In this document: positions 41,951 to 51,050 of the stretch, piece by piece | Numbering within the stretch: the stretch's first letter is position 1 | Layout: each line of letters opens with the position of its first letter | Origin: Candidatus Parcubacteria bacterium | GTDB lineage: Bacteria; Patescibacteriota; Patescibacteriia; Buchananbacterales; SURF-54 | Direction of reading: 5' to 3' | Assembly: GCA_003599635.1 (NCBI GenBank) | Contig: QZIX01000009.1 | Coordinates: forward strand, 407 to 64,406 | Length of the DNA stretch: 64,000 nucleotides | Translations under genes and position numbers: made by a program | The notes under the pieces: generated by a model | What the model saw: only the letters and a program-made list of their open reading frames with translations | Told to the model about the DNA's origin: nothing | The model's database searches: none

Positions 41951-43381
41951 ATGGAAAAAAGATTCTATTTGACCACAGCCATACCATATGTCAACGCAGA
42001 GCCGCATATCGGCTTTGCTTTAGAATTGGTGCAATCCGATGCTGTTGCCAGATTTCAAAGACTGTCAGGAAAAGAAACCTATTTTTTAACCGGCGCTGAC
42101 GAAAATTCATTAAAGAATGTTCAGGCAGCGGAAAAGCAGGGAACATCTGTCAGGGAATTAGTCGATAAGAATACAAAAAAATTTATTGATCTGACGTCGG
42201 CGTTAAATATTTCCAACAACCAATTTATAAGAACAACTTCTGCTAAACATTTTGCCGCTTGCCGCAAGTTATGGTCTTTGTGCAAGAAAGAGGACATATA
42301 TAAAAAGGAATACAGGGGTCTTTACTGCGTCGGATGCGAAACTTTTTACACGGAAAAAGAATTAATTGACGGCAAATGCCCCGAACATTTAAAAGAACCC
42401 GAGGTCGTGGAAGAAGAAAATTATTTTTTTAAACTTTCAAATTATCAAAAAAAACTGGAGAAGTTAATTTCCGGCGGCGAGTACGAAATAATACCCGGAA
42501 CCAGAAAGAATGAAATTTTAAGCTTCATTAAAATGGGTCTGGAGGATTTCTCCATTTCAAGATCCATGGCCAGGGCAAAAAACTGGGGAGTGCCGGTTCC
42601 TGATGATCCTGAACAGGTAATTTACGTCTGGTTTGACGCTTTAACCAATTATATTTCCGCGCTCGATTTTTCCGAAGACCAAAAACTTTACAAAAAATTC
42701 TGGCCTGCTGACCTGCATGTGATAGGCAAAGGAATAATCCGATTTCACGCCGTTTATTGGCCGGCGATGCTTTTGTCCGCCGGTTTGCCGCTGCCAAAAA
42801 AACTTTTTGTGCATGGTTATATTAATATTGAAGGCCAGAAAATTTCCAAATCATTGGGCAATGTTATTAACCCTTTTGATTTAATTTCAAAATACGGGGT
42901 TGAGCCGGTCAGATATTTTCTGTTTAGGTATATTCATCCTTTTCAGGACAGCGATTTTACAATCAAACATTTTGAAGAAAGCTATAATGCCGATTTGGCC
43001 AACGGCCTCGGCAATTTAGTAAATCGCGTCTCCAATCTGATAGAGACAAATGATTTGAAAATAAAAATAAAGCCAAAGCTGAAATTTTACAAAGAAGTGA
43101 AAGAGGCAATGGAAAATTTTTACTTTGACTCGGCTTTAAAATTCATCTGGCAGAAAATAACTGAAACGGACAAACTGATAAATGACACCAAACCATGGAT
43201 TCTGGCCAAAGAAAACAGGACCGAGGAGCTGGAAAATGTTTTGGCGCAAGCCGCTGACAATATATTAAGCATCGCCTTTAATCTGCAGCCATTTATGCCT
43301 GAAAGCGCTGAAAAAATAATCAGGCAGTTCGTTAGCAAGAAAATTAAAAAAGAGCGGGCTTTGTTTCCCCGACTTGTATAA
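41951..43381 (+). CDS. metG: methionine--tRNA ligase (short form)
   Basis: The PYVNAEPHIGF region (HIGH-type) and the KISKSLGN region (KMSKS-type). There is no C-terminal tRNA-binding appendix. Confidence 0.95.
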   Translation: MEKRFYLTTAIPYVNAEPHIGFALELVQSDAVARFQRLSGKETYFLTGADENSLKNVQAAEKQGTSVRELVDKNTKKFIDLTSALNISNNQFIRTTSAKHFAACRKLWSLCKKEDIYKKEYRGLYCVGCETFYTEKELIDGKCPEHLKEPEVVEEENYFFKLSNYQKKLEKLISGGEYEIIPGTRKNEILSFIKMGLEDFSISRSMARAKNWGVPVPDDPEQVIYVWFDALTNYISALDFSEDQKLYKKFWPADLHVIGKGIIRFHAVYWPAMLLSAGLPLPKKLFVHGYINIEGQKISKSLGNVINPFDLISKYGVEPVRYFLFRYIHPFQDSDFTIKHFEESYNADLANGLGNLVNRVSNLIETNDLKIKIKPKLKFYKEVKEAMENFYFDSALKFIWQKITETDKLINDTKPWILAKENRTEELENVLAQAADNILSIAFNLQPFMPESAEKIIRQFVSKKIKKERALFPRLV

Positions 43382-43403
43382 AATTTATTCATAATTAAAA
43401 TAT

Positions 43404-43934
43404 ATGTACTTTACGATTCTTGATTTAGTCCTGCTGCTGATTTTGTTTTGCTTTATTTCGTTTAGTTTTTGGCTGGGCTTAATCCAAACCCTGGGAGGAA
43501 TAATCGGTTTGTTTTTAGGTATTTGGGTTTCAGGAATGTATTACGATCCTTTCGCTGCCTGGCTGGCGCCGTATCTGATGGATCATCAAAACATCGCCAA
43601 AGTCATCGCTTTTGTTCTGATTTTTACGCTTGTAAATCGTCTTGTCGGTTTTATTTTTTATATTCTAAATAAAATGTTCAACATCATTTCCATACTTCCA
43701 TTTTTAAAAAGCATTAACCGACTGGCCGGCGCAATTTTGGGATTCGCAGAAGGCGTCTTAATTATAGGCGCCGTAATTTTAATAATTAACAGATATCCGA
43801 TTTCCAGCTATATAAAACAAATCGTGGACCAGTCAAAAGTTGCCTCCTGGATTCTTTTTGTGGCTGACATGGTGCTTTCTCCTCTTCTGCCGAAAATAAT
43901 GTTTCAGATCGATTACTTAACAAGACTGTTTTAA
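43404..43934 (+). CDS. cvpA: CvpA family membrane protein
   Basis: ILDLVLLLILFCFISFSFWLGLI and four TM segments are typical of the colicin V production protein family. Confidence 0.8.
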   Translation: MYFTILDLVLLLILFCFISFSFWLGLIQTLGGIIGLFLGIWVSGMYYDPFAAWLAPYLMDHQNIAKVIAFVLIFTLVNRLVGFIFYILNKMFNIISILPFLKSINRLAGAILGFAEGVLIIGAVILIINRYPISSYIKQIVDQSKVASWILFVADMVLSPLLPKIMFQIDYLTRLF

Positions 43935-43936
43935 AT

Positions 43937-44767
43937 ATGCTGATTGACACCCATGCCCATCTTAATTTTAACGCTTTCAAACAAGATTCGGAAAAAATAA
44001 TCGATGGTTGTCTTAAGGAAAATACCTGGATGATAAATGTAGGTTCGCAGTTTAGCACCAGTAAAAGAGCTGTTCATATCGCCGAAAATTATAAGCAAGG
44101 GGTCTATGCGTCAGTCGGTTTGCATCCAATACATTTATCAGTCCTTGAAATTGACGAAGCCGAAACAGGAAAGTTAATTACTGCAGCTGAAAAATTCGAT
44201 TATCAAAAATATAAAGAATTAGCCGGGTCTTCAAAAGTTGTTGCTATCGGGGAAATCGGGCTGGATTATTTCCACATTAATCCTGACGACGAGGAAAATA
44301 AAAATAGGCAAAAGCAAACTTTTAAAAAACAACTGGCTTTGGCAGAAGAATTAAAACTTCCGGTTATTTTACACTGCCGAAATGCTTACGATGAAATGCT
44401 GAAAATATTGCAGTCGACAGCCAACAGGCAATCAACAGACAACGGAGTGATACATTGTTTCGGTGGTACTTTAAAACAGGCACAAGAATTTATACGATTA
44501 GGTTTTTGCATAGGTTTTACCGGCATAATAACTTTCGGTAAAAAAGCCGAAGATCTGGTTAAGGTAGTTTCCCTCATACCTATGGAAAAAATACTTGTGG
44601 AAACTGATTGTCCTTATTTGGCTCCGGAACCTTTTCGCGGTCAAAGAAATATGCCTCTGTATGTAAAGTATGTTGCTGAAAAAGTTGCTAAAATTAAGGG
44701 AATAGAATACAATAAAGTTGTGGAAAAGACTTCGGAAAATGCCATTAATTTATTTAATTTGCATTAG
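43937..44767 (+). CDS. tatD: TatD family metal-dependent hydrolase
   Basis: IDTHAHL, GEIGLDY, ILHCR, HCF.G and ETDCPYL motifs. Confidence 0.9.
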   Translation: MLIDTHAHLNFNAFKQDSEKIIDGCLKENTWMINVGSQFSTSKRAVHIAENYKQGVYASVGLHPIHLSVLEIDEAETGKLITAAEKFDYQKYKELAGSSKVVAIGEIGLDYFHINPDDEENKNRQKQTFKKQLALAEELKLPVILHCRNAYDEMLKILQSTANRQSTDNGVIHCFGGTLKQAQEFIRLGFCIGFTGIITFGKKAEDLVKVVSLIPMEKILVETDCPYLAPEPFRGQRNMPLYVKYVAEKVAKIKGIEYNKVVEKTSENAINLFNLH

Positions 44768-44772
44768 GCATT

Positions 44773-44892
44773 ATGCCTAGACCAAAAGATCCTTGCCCCT
44801 GCGGTTCAGAAAAGCCCTATGGCTCCTGCTGCGGCGCTGCCGAACCTTGCGATTGCGGTTCAGGACAACCGGCGGGCGAATGTTGCTACTAA
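44773..44892 (+). CDS. SEC-C motif small metal-binding protein (39 aa, below ORF-track cutoff)
   Basis: Translates to MPRPKDPCPCGSEKPYGSCCGAAEPCDCGSGQPAGECCY. PCPCGS.K.Y..CC is the SecA C-terminal zinc motif, followed by a second degenerate copy. Confidence 0.55.
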   Translation: MPRPKDPCPCGSEKPYGSCCGAAEPCDCGSGQPAGECCY

Positions 44893-44946
44893 AAATACAG
44901 ACAATTTAAAATAAGTATACCTAACAGATAGGCCAAATTTAAGGTT

Positions 44947-44970
44947 GCGCTTTCAAAAAGCGCTTTTTTG
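44947..44970 (+). terminator. rho-independent terminator
   Basis: gcgcttt pairs with aaagcgc around a short loop, followed by tttttt. Confidence 0.7.
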
Positions 44971-45049
44971 ATACTTTTTTTTATTGTTCTTTTATGTTAA
45001 CATTTATGTATAGGGAGTGGTAAAAAGGGTTCTTTAAAGGAGTAACATT

Positions 45050-45619
45050 ATGGGAGTTTCTTTTAGGATCCGAAGTTTTAAAGGAGTCAGCAGGGAGAAA
45101 AAAACAAGATCGCTGTCTCAAAAAAAAGCCTTCAGAAATGGTCGCCGGTTGCAAAAACAAGGCGGTGAAAAATCCGAAGATGTCATACGGCTGAAACATT
45201 CTAAATTTTTTTACTACGACGGCGTTAGATATGACACCTTAGGGGAGGTGAAGGTTGCCGAAAAATTGAAGAAGCTTGGCATAAAGTTTTGCCATCACGG
45301 ATACACCATAGCGAAAGGAAGGAAAAAGACAGAGCCAGACTTCAGGCTTAAAACTGAAGTATTAGTTCCTTGCTGGCTGTTGAATGAAATCCTTGCGTTC
45401 GCCCAGGCGAAGAACAGTTTTATGTCATCTGAAGATTTTCTAAAAGTACATTTTATAGAGGTAAAATCCCGACGCACTCACTTCCGGCGTTACAAAAGAA
45501 TTATCCAGGCAGCTTATGAAGAAGGCATTGCCATACTTTTGCTTGATGACGCAATGATTGATGAGTTCTGCAGTAACGGTTGGTTTCCAATTTTTCCTGT
45601 TAAACAAGCCGGCGTCTAG
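45050..45619 (+). CDS. hypothetical protein with possible PD-(D/E)xK nuclease-like core and basic N-terminus
   Basis: AAAGGAG Shine-Dalgarno. The ...EPDF...(x56)...FIEVKS spacing resembles restriction-endonuclease-like folds. This assignment is weak. Confidence 0.4.
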   Translation: MGVSFRIRSFKGVSREKKTRSLSQKKAFRNGRRLQKQGGEKSEDVIRLKHSKFFYYDGVRYDTLGEVKVAEKLKKLGIKFCHHGYTIAKGRKKTEPDFRLKTEVLVPCWLLNEILAFAQAKNSFMSSEDFLKVHFIEVKSRRTHFRRYKRIIQAAYEEGIAILLLDDAMIDEFCSNGWFPIFPVKQAGV

Positions 45620-45636
45620 CTACGCCGGTTTTTTTA
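45609..45636 (+). terminator. rho-independent terminator
   Basis: ccggcgt pairs with acgccgg around a 6-nt loop that contains the TAG stop, followed by ttttttt. Confidence 0.7.
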
Positions 45637-45660
45637 TTGCATACTTTATGATAAAATTAA

Positions 45661-48600
45661 ATGGCGATGAATGATGATTTATCTAAAAATTTAAATGCGG
45701 AACAAAAGCAGGCCGTCTCTTTCGGCGAGGGCCCTCTTTTGATTGTGGCCGGCGCCGGTACGGGAAAAACAACCGTTATAACGCAGCGTCTGAAATGGCT
45801 TATTGATCAGAAAAAGGCTTCTGGCGAAGAAATTTTGGCCCTGACTTTTACGGAAAAGGCGGCAGCGGAAATGGAAGAAAGAATCGACAAAATTTTGCCG
45901 TACGGCTATCTGGATTTATGGATAATGACTTTTCATTCCTTTGCGGAAAAGATTTTAAAGGATAACGCTTTGGAAATAGGTCTGTCGAATGATTTTAAAT
46001 TACTGGATTTGACACAGCAGTGGTCGATCGTCAGGCAAAATCTTGAAAAATTCAATCTTGATTACTACCGGCCGTTGGGAAATCCTGCGAAGTTCATCCA
46101 TGCCCTGCTGAAATTATTTTCCCGCGCCAAAGACGAATCTATCTGGCCGGAAGATTATTTGAAATATGTTGAAGATCTTAAGCTCAATTCCGACTCGCCT
46201 GATTTTGTTCAGACTGTAATCGACCGGGATTTAGCGCAAACGCTGTCCAAAAAAGAAAAAAAAGAACTGATTGGCTCGGAAATCAAAAAACAAGAGGAAG
46301 TTGCCGATGCCTACCATGTTTATCAGCAGCTTTTGCTTGACAATAACTCTTTGGACTTTGGTGATCTTATAAATTATTGTCTTAAACTGTTTAAAGACCG
46401 GCCGTTGGTCTTAAACAAATACCGCAAAAAGTTCAAGTATATTCTGGTGGATGAATTTCAGGACACCAATCATGCGCAGTATGAACTTATAAAAGCTTTA
46501 GCTGCCCCGAAAAACAATCTTACGGTTGTGGGGGATGACGACCAGGCGATTTTTAAATTCCGCGGCGCTTCGGTTTCCAATATTTTAGAATTCAAAAAAG
46601 ATTTTCCTGAAACCAGGAGTATTTTACTTACCAAAAATTACCGTTCCTGTCAAAACATCCTTAATTTGTCGTATGAATTCATTAAACAAAATAACCCGGA
46701 CCGCCTGGAAGTAAAATTAAAATCTGGTGAGAAAAAAATTTCTAAACAACTGGTCTCGCAAAATAACAAGAAAGGACTAATTAACCATTTTCAGGCGGCA
46801 ACGGCCGAAGATGAGGTCAAAGCGGTCTTAAAGCAAATTTTGGATTTAAAAGACAGCGATAAAGAATCAACTTGGAATGATTTTGGCGTTTTAGTCAGAG
46901 CCAATGCCCATGCCAATCTTTTTATTTACGGGCTGGAAAAAGCGCAAATCCCGTATCAATTTATGGCGTCAACCGGCCTTTATACCAAACCCGTTGTTTT
47001 AGATGTCATTTCTTACTTAAAGCTGCTGGATAATTATCATGAAAGTTCAGCCCTGTATCGCATTATAAGTTTGCCGATATTTGATTTGGAATCCGGGGAG
47101 ATTGTCAATTTAAATTATTGGTCGTACAGAAAAGCTATCTCTTTGTATCAAACCTTACTTTATACCTCCAAACAGACGTCGACAGAGACGGAAAGCAAAG
47201 AAAAGTTTAGCAGAATAATAAATTTAATTGACAAGCATAGTGCTTTGACCAGAAAATCCAAGGTCGGTGAAGTGATCCGCGCCTTTCTTGAAGATTCCGG
47301 CTATTTGCGCAGGCTTACGGCCGCAGAGACTGTCGCAGCTCAAAATTCTTTAGGTTATTTAAATCAATTTTATAAAAAAGTAATTGAATTTGAAAATTCG
47401 TCTTCAGATCCATCTGTTAAAAATTTTTTGCAATTTATTGATATGCAAATTGAAGCCGGTGATGAAGGAAAATTGCAAAATGATTTTAACGCCGGGCCTG
47501 AAATTTTAAGGATAATGACGGTGCACGCGGCCAAGGGGCTTGAATTCAAATATGTTTTTATTGTCAACCTTGTTGACAGAAGGTTTCCGGTCAGTCAGAG
47601 AGGTGAGCCCATCGAATTGCCAGAAAAATTGATTAAGGAAATTTTGCCGGAAGGCGATGCTCATCTGCAGGAAGAGCGCCGGCTTTTTTACGTCGCCATG
47701 ACCCGCGCCAAGGAGGGATTGTTTTTCACTTCCGCCAAAGATTACGGCGGGGCGGCGCAAAAAAAATTATCCCGCTTTTTAACCGAATTAAATCAGTTCG
47801 GCCTGGCTTTGAACGGAAACAAATCAACTGATAAAAAATCGCTTTTGGAAATTGCTCCGGAAAACGAAAAAGAGCCAAGACTGCAGTATATTGTACCGGT
47901 AAAATTTTCTTTTACTCAGATTCGCGCCTTTGAAAGCTGTCCTTATCAATACCGTTTTGCCCATATATTGAAGGTGCCGGTTCGGGGCAAGGGCATATTT
48001 TCTTTTGGCAAAACCATTCACAGCACTTTGCAGAAATTTTTTGATTTAGCTAAACAGCGCGCAGGTTCTGAACAAAAAGACCTTTTTGGAAACAGCGTTA
48101 AAAATTCAGAAGCTTCGGTTTCCGTCGGCCAACTTCTGGAAATTTATAAAAACAGCTGGATTGACGACTGGTATGCTTCCAGGGAAGACAAGGAAAAATA
48201 CCGCACCAAAGGTGAAAAGATTTTAAAGGAGTTTTACAAATCATTAAACGGAAATATTCCTTTGCCTTTGTATTTGGAGCTGCCGTTTAATTTAAAAATT
48301 GAAACTGGTGGTGATATAATTACTTTAAAGGGAGTTATCGACAGGGTGGATGAAATTAAAGACGGTTTTGAAATAATTGATTATAAAACGGGAGAGGCGA
48401 GAGGTGACAGATTATCGGCTAACGACAAGGAACAGCTTTTGATTTACCAGATGGCAGCCGCAAGACTTTTTGACAAACCCGTAGCCAAACTTTCTTATTA
48501 TTATGTCGATAGTAACAAGAAAGTTTCCTTTTTGGGAACGGAAAAAGAGCTGGAAAAACTGCAGAAGAAAATAGTTTTCGTAGTCAACGAAATAAAGAAA

Positions 48601-48678
48601 GGCGAATTTCCGTCAAAGCCGAGCATACTTTGCAAATACTGCGATTTTAAAAATATTTGTGAGTATAGAAATTTATAA
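45661..48678 (+). CDS. UvrD/PcrA-type superfamily 1 helicase fused to C-terminal PD-(D/E)xK (Cas4/AddB-like, Cys-cluster) nuclease
   Basis: AGAGTGKTT Walker A, VDEFQDTN, TVHAAKGLEF. The C-terminus has CPYQYRF ... DRVDE...IIDYKTG ... CKYCDFKNIC, a nuclease with four Cys. Confidence 0.85.
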   Translation: MAMNDDLSKNLNAEQKQAVSFGEGPLLIVAGAGTGKTTVITQRLKWLIDQKKASGEEILALTFTEKAAAEMEERIDKILPYGYLDLWIMTFHSFAEKILKDNALEIGLSNDFKLLDLTQQWSIVRQNLEKFNLDYYRPLGNPAKFIHALLKLFSRAKDESIWPEDYLKYVEDLKLNSDSPDFVQTVIDRDLAQTLSKKEKKELIGSEIKKQEEVADAYHVYQQLLLDNNSLDFGDLINYCLKLFKDRPLVLNKYRKKFKYILVDEFQDTNHAQYELIKALAAPKNNLTVVGDDDQAIFKFRGASVSNILEFKKDFPETRSILLTKNYRSCQNILNLSYEFIKQNNPDRLEVKLKSGEKKISKQLVSQNNKKGLINHFQAATAEDEVKAVLKQILDLKDSDKESTWNDFGVLVRANAHANLFIYGLEKAQIPYQFMASTGLYTKPVVLDVISYLKLLDNYHESSALYRIISLPIFDLESGEIVNLNYWSYRKAISLYQTLLYTSKQTSTETESKEKFSRIINLIDKHSALTRKSKVGEVIRAFLEDSGYLRRLTAAETVAAQNSLGYLNQFYKKVIEFENSSSDPSVKNFLQFIDMQIEAGDEGKLQNDFNAGPEILRIMTVHAAKGLEFKYVFIVNLVDRRFPVSQRGEPIELPEKLIKEILPEGDAHLQEERRLFYVAMTRAKEGLFFTSAKDYGGAAQKKLSRFLTELNQFGLALNGNKSTDKKSLLEIAPENEKEPRLQYIVPVKFSFTQIRAFESCPYQYRFAHILKVPVRGKGIFSFGKTIHSTLQKFFDLAKQRAGSEQKDLFGNSVKNSEASVSVGQLLEIYKNSWIDDWYASREDKEKYRTKGEKILKEFYKSLNGNIPLPLYLELPFNLKIETGGDIITLKGVIDRVDEIKDGFEIIDYKTGEARGDRLSANDKEQLLIYQMAAARLFDKPVAKLSYYYVDSNKKVSFLGTEKELEKLQKKIVFVVNEIKKGEFPSKPSILCKYCDFKNICEYRNL

Positions 48679-48687
48679 TACAGTAAG

Positions 48688-48712
48688 AAAAAAACCGTCT
48701 TCTAGCAGACGG
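48688..48712 (-). terminator. terminator for the minus-strand gene (hairpin shared with helicase 3' end)
   Basis: ccgtct pairs with agacgg around a 6-nt loop. The T run lies on the - strand (A run 48688-48694 on the + strand). Confidence 0.55.
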
Positions 48713-48734
48713 CATACAATTTAACCATTGGAAT

Positions 48735-49091
48735 TTACCAGCCTTCATGAGGTCTCAACATTATTAATATCTGCCCTCTTAAATTGTAACAGGGATTGGT
48801 AAAATCCATGTTTGGATCGAATTTAAACAAAACAGCGGCTATACTATCAATATCAATGTTACGGCTTTTGACAACTCCGGCAACGGTTATACTTCTCTGA
48901 CTTCCTTTTTCAGGCAGAATGAAATATTTTATGGTTTTTCCATAGTCTCCTATAACTACGAGTTCATTAAAAGGCCATAAAGGTACTGTTAACGGACCAT
49001 TATCAACAGCATAACTGCAGCGTCTGATTTTTTGCCAACCTAACCGGTACATAATGTGGGAAATTGTGGCAAAATGATTTAATGATAGCAT
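48735..49091 (-). CDS. hypothetical protein
   Basis: GGGGGTGG Shine-Dalgarno upstream of the ATG. 118 aa with no recognised motif. Confidence 0.5.
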   Translation of the reverse strand: MLSLNHFATISHIMYRLGWQKIRRCSYAVDNGPLTVPLWPFNELVVIGDYGKTIKYFILPEKGSQRSITVAGVVKSRNIDIDSIAAVLFKFDPNMDFTNPCYNLRGQILIMLRPHEGW

Positions 49092-49170
49092 GCTACCACC
49101 CCCTATATTTGATAAATTAAATGAACAGGTTAATATTAGACTATCTTATCATCACAAAAATTAAAAGTCA

Positions 49171-49464
49171 ATGACTTTTCAAAAACTGGAAAATCTGTTA
49201 CCCAAAGCCATACGCAAGGCAAATATTGAGAAGCAGGTAACGGCGGCCATAGTTTGCAACGACTTTACTATGGTTGTGGAAGCCGTAATTGGTAAAAATG
49301 TTGCCGCTAAAGCCAGACCTTTGCATATAAAAAACGGTATTTTAACTGTGGCAGTTTTAAGTTCGGTTTTGGCGCAGGAGATAAAACTTCATGAGCCGTT
49401 GATTTTGGAAAAGTTAAATGAAGGCAGGAAGGATAAAATCGAAAGAATCAGATTTATACTGTGA
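49171..49464 (+). CDS. DUF721 (DciA-like) protein
   Basis: The size and the pattern ...A.....W..vvG..va..t.p..i+.g.L.v.v.ss.wa.EL......i...l are matched by VIGKNVAAKARPLHIKNGILTVAVLSSVLAQEIKLHEPLILEKLN. Confidence 0.55.
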   Translation: MTFQKLENLLPKAIRKANIEKQVTAAIVCNDFTMVVEAVIGKNVAAKARPLHIKNGILTVAVLSSVLAQEIKLHEPLILEKLNEGRKDKIERIRFIL

Positions 49465-49578
49465 TTTTCCTGATTTTAAAGACGGGAGGGTAAATTTAAA
49501 TATTCTTTAGTTTGTTCCGCTTCGCTTTGCCAAAGTTTAATTTTAGCGAAGCGTGATAATTGGTAAGTTAATAAAAAT

Positions 49579-49713
49579 ATGAAAAATTATTCAAAAAAAA
49601 CCAATAAACGGCTGACGCGTTACCGCAGCCCCAGCCCATTTAGGATTAAAAAAAATTTTGTAGTTGGCAAGTACAAGGATTTAAGCCGGAAAAATAAATA
49701 CAAAGGTAAATAG
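49579..49713 (+). CDS. possible 44-aa highly basic small ORF
   Basis: Translates to MKNYSKKTNKRLTRYRSPSPFRIKKNFVVGKYKDLSRKNKYKGK. Its stop lies 2 nt before the AMMECR1 ATG. No homology is recognised. Confidence 0.3.
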   Translation: MKNYSKKTNKRLTRYRSPSPFRIKKNFVVGKYKDLSRKNKYKGK

Positions 49714-49715
49714 TT

Positions 49716-50252
49716 ATGGCTTTATCTGACAATGAAAAAAAAGAATTACTCAATATTGCCAGAAAAACCGTTGAACTGTATTTAAAAGGAAAAAAAGTTC
49801 TGGACTTAAAAACAGATAATCCGAAATTTCTTGAAAAGAAAGGCGTTTTCGTCACTTTGCATCAGGGAAATGATTTGCGCGGCTGTATCGGCAACATTTT
49901 GCCAATATACTCCTTGATTGAGGGTGTCAGAAATAACGCTTTGGCCGCTGCTTTCGACGATCCGCGTTTTTTGCCGCTTGCTGAAAAAGAACTGCCCCGA
50001 ATCAAAATTGAAATTTCCGTTTTATCGGTTCCCCGACAGACAACAATAAATGAAATAACGCCTTTTCGGGACGGGATAGCGCTGGAAAAGGGGAATTTAG
50101 CCGCAACCTTTCTGCCTCAGGTGTGGCAGGATCTGCCCGATAAAAGCGTTTTTCTGTCAAACCTGTGCCTAAAAGCAGGCCTGCCCCAAGACAGCTGGCA
50201 AAGAGCAGGAACAAATTTCCAAAGTTATCGGGCAGAGGTATTTTCGGAATAA
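49716..50252 (+). CDS. AMMECR1 domain protein (AmmeMemoRadiSam system protein A-like)
   Basis: GVFVTLHQGNDLRGCIGN and DPRF motifs. Confidence 0.85.
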   Translation: MALSDNEKKELLNIARKTVELYLKGKKVLDLKTDNPKFLEKKGVFVTLHQGNDLRGCIGNILPIYSLIEGVRNNALAAAFDDPRFLPLAEKELPRIKIEISVLSVPRQTTINEITPFRDGIALEKGNLAATFLPQVWQDLPDKSVFLSNLCLKAGLPQDSWQRAGTNFQSYRAEVFSE

Positions 50253-50300
50253 GCAGGTAGTTTTAATTGTTTATATAGGTTTGCGAAAAACAGATTTTTT

Positions 50301-50309
50301 TGTTATAAT
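50301..50309 (+). promoter_or_regulatory. extended -10 element TGTTATAAT
   Basis: tgttataat ends at 50309, 22 nt before ATG 50331. Confidence 0.35.
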
Positions 50310-50330
50310 TTATTGTGAAAGTCGGGATAT

Positions 50331-50711
50331 ATGAATACTAAATTATTTAATTTTCTGATTTTTTTAAGTACAGCAGTAAACGCCATAAATTTTCTGCTGG
50401 TTGTTAATTTTATAAACCCCGATATCGCCGGCCCGGTGGAGTTTGCCTTTTTTTATCTGTCTTTAACTTTGGTTTTAATCGGGCTATTGTACCTGTCAGG
50501 AAGCCTTATGCGGCGGTTGTTTAAAAGGTATCAGCCGTCATTTTTGCGCCTACAGACTTCGTGGCGTCAGTCGATCTGGTTTACGATTTTAATTTTAAGC
50601 CTGTTTATGCTTTACCAGAAAGAATTGCTGAATTTTTTAAATGTGATACTGCTTCTGGTTATACTGACAATTTTAGAATTCCTTTTTATATCTTTTAAAA
50701 AAGAAATATAA
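50331..50711 (+). CDS. membrane protein, hypothetical
   Basis: Four hydrophobic segments with no recognised motif. Confidence 0.5.
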   Translation: MNTKLFNFLIFLSTAVNAINFLLVVNFINPDIAGPVEFAFFYLSLTLVLIGLLYLSGSLMRRLFKRYQPSFLRLQTSWRQSIWFTILILSLFMLYQKELLNFLNVILLLVILTILEFLFISFKKEI

Positions 50712-50716
50712 TAAAT

Positions 50717-51019
50717 ATGAGGACAGAAATTGCTTTTTGGGTTTCAACAATCGTTGCCGTAGTATCTTTGTTTATGAACATACTGCAAGTCTTCGGCAAA
50801 AGACGCATCCAAAACAAAATATCAATTTGGTCAAGGGATGCCAAAGGGATGGTAACGTCCATAGTTGGAATGCTTAAAAACATCAAACGAAAAAGGATAG
50901 TCACTATGGCTGACGCCGCCACCAATCTGGAAACGCTTAAAAATTTTGCTAACAGCATGTTTGTCAGTCTTGAAGAAGAATTGGGCAGGAATAAAAGGGA
51001 AATATCAGAGAAAAAATAA
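50717..51019 (+). CDS. hypothetical protein with N-terminal TM segment
   Basis: The 100-aa ORF follows the previous gene by 5 nt. Confidence 0.4.
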   Translation: MRTEIAFWVSTIVAVVSLFMNILQVFGKRRIQNKISIWSRDAKGMVTSIVGMLKNIKRKRIVTMADAATNLETLKNFANSMFVSLEEELGRNKREISEKK

Positions 51020-51050
51020 ACCGCAGGTTCGGTTATTGCTAATAAATAAT

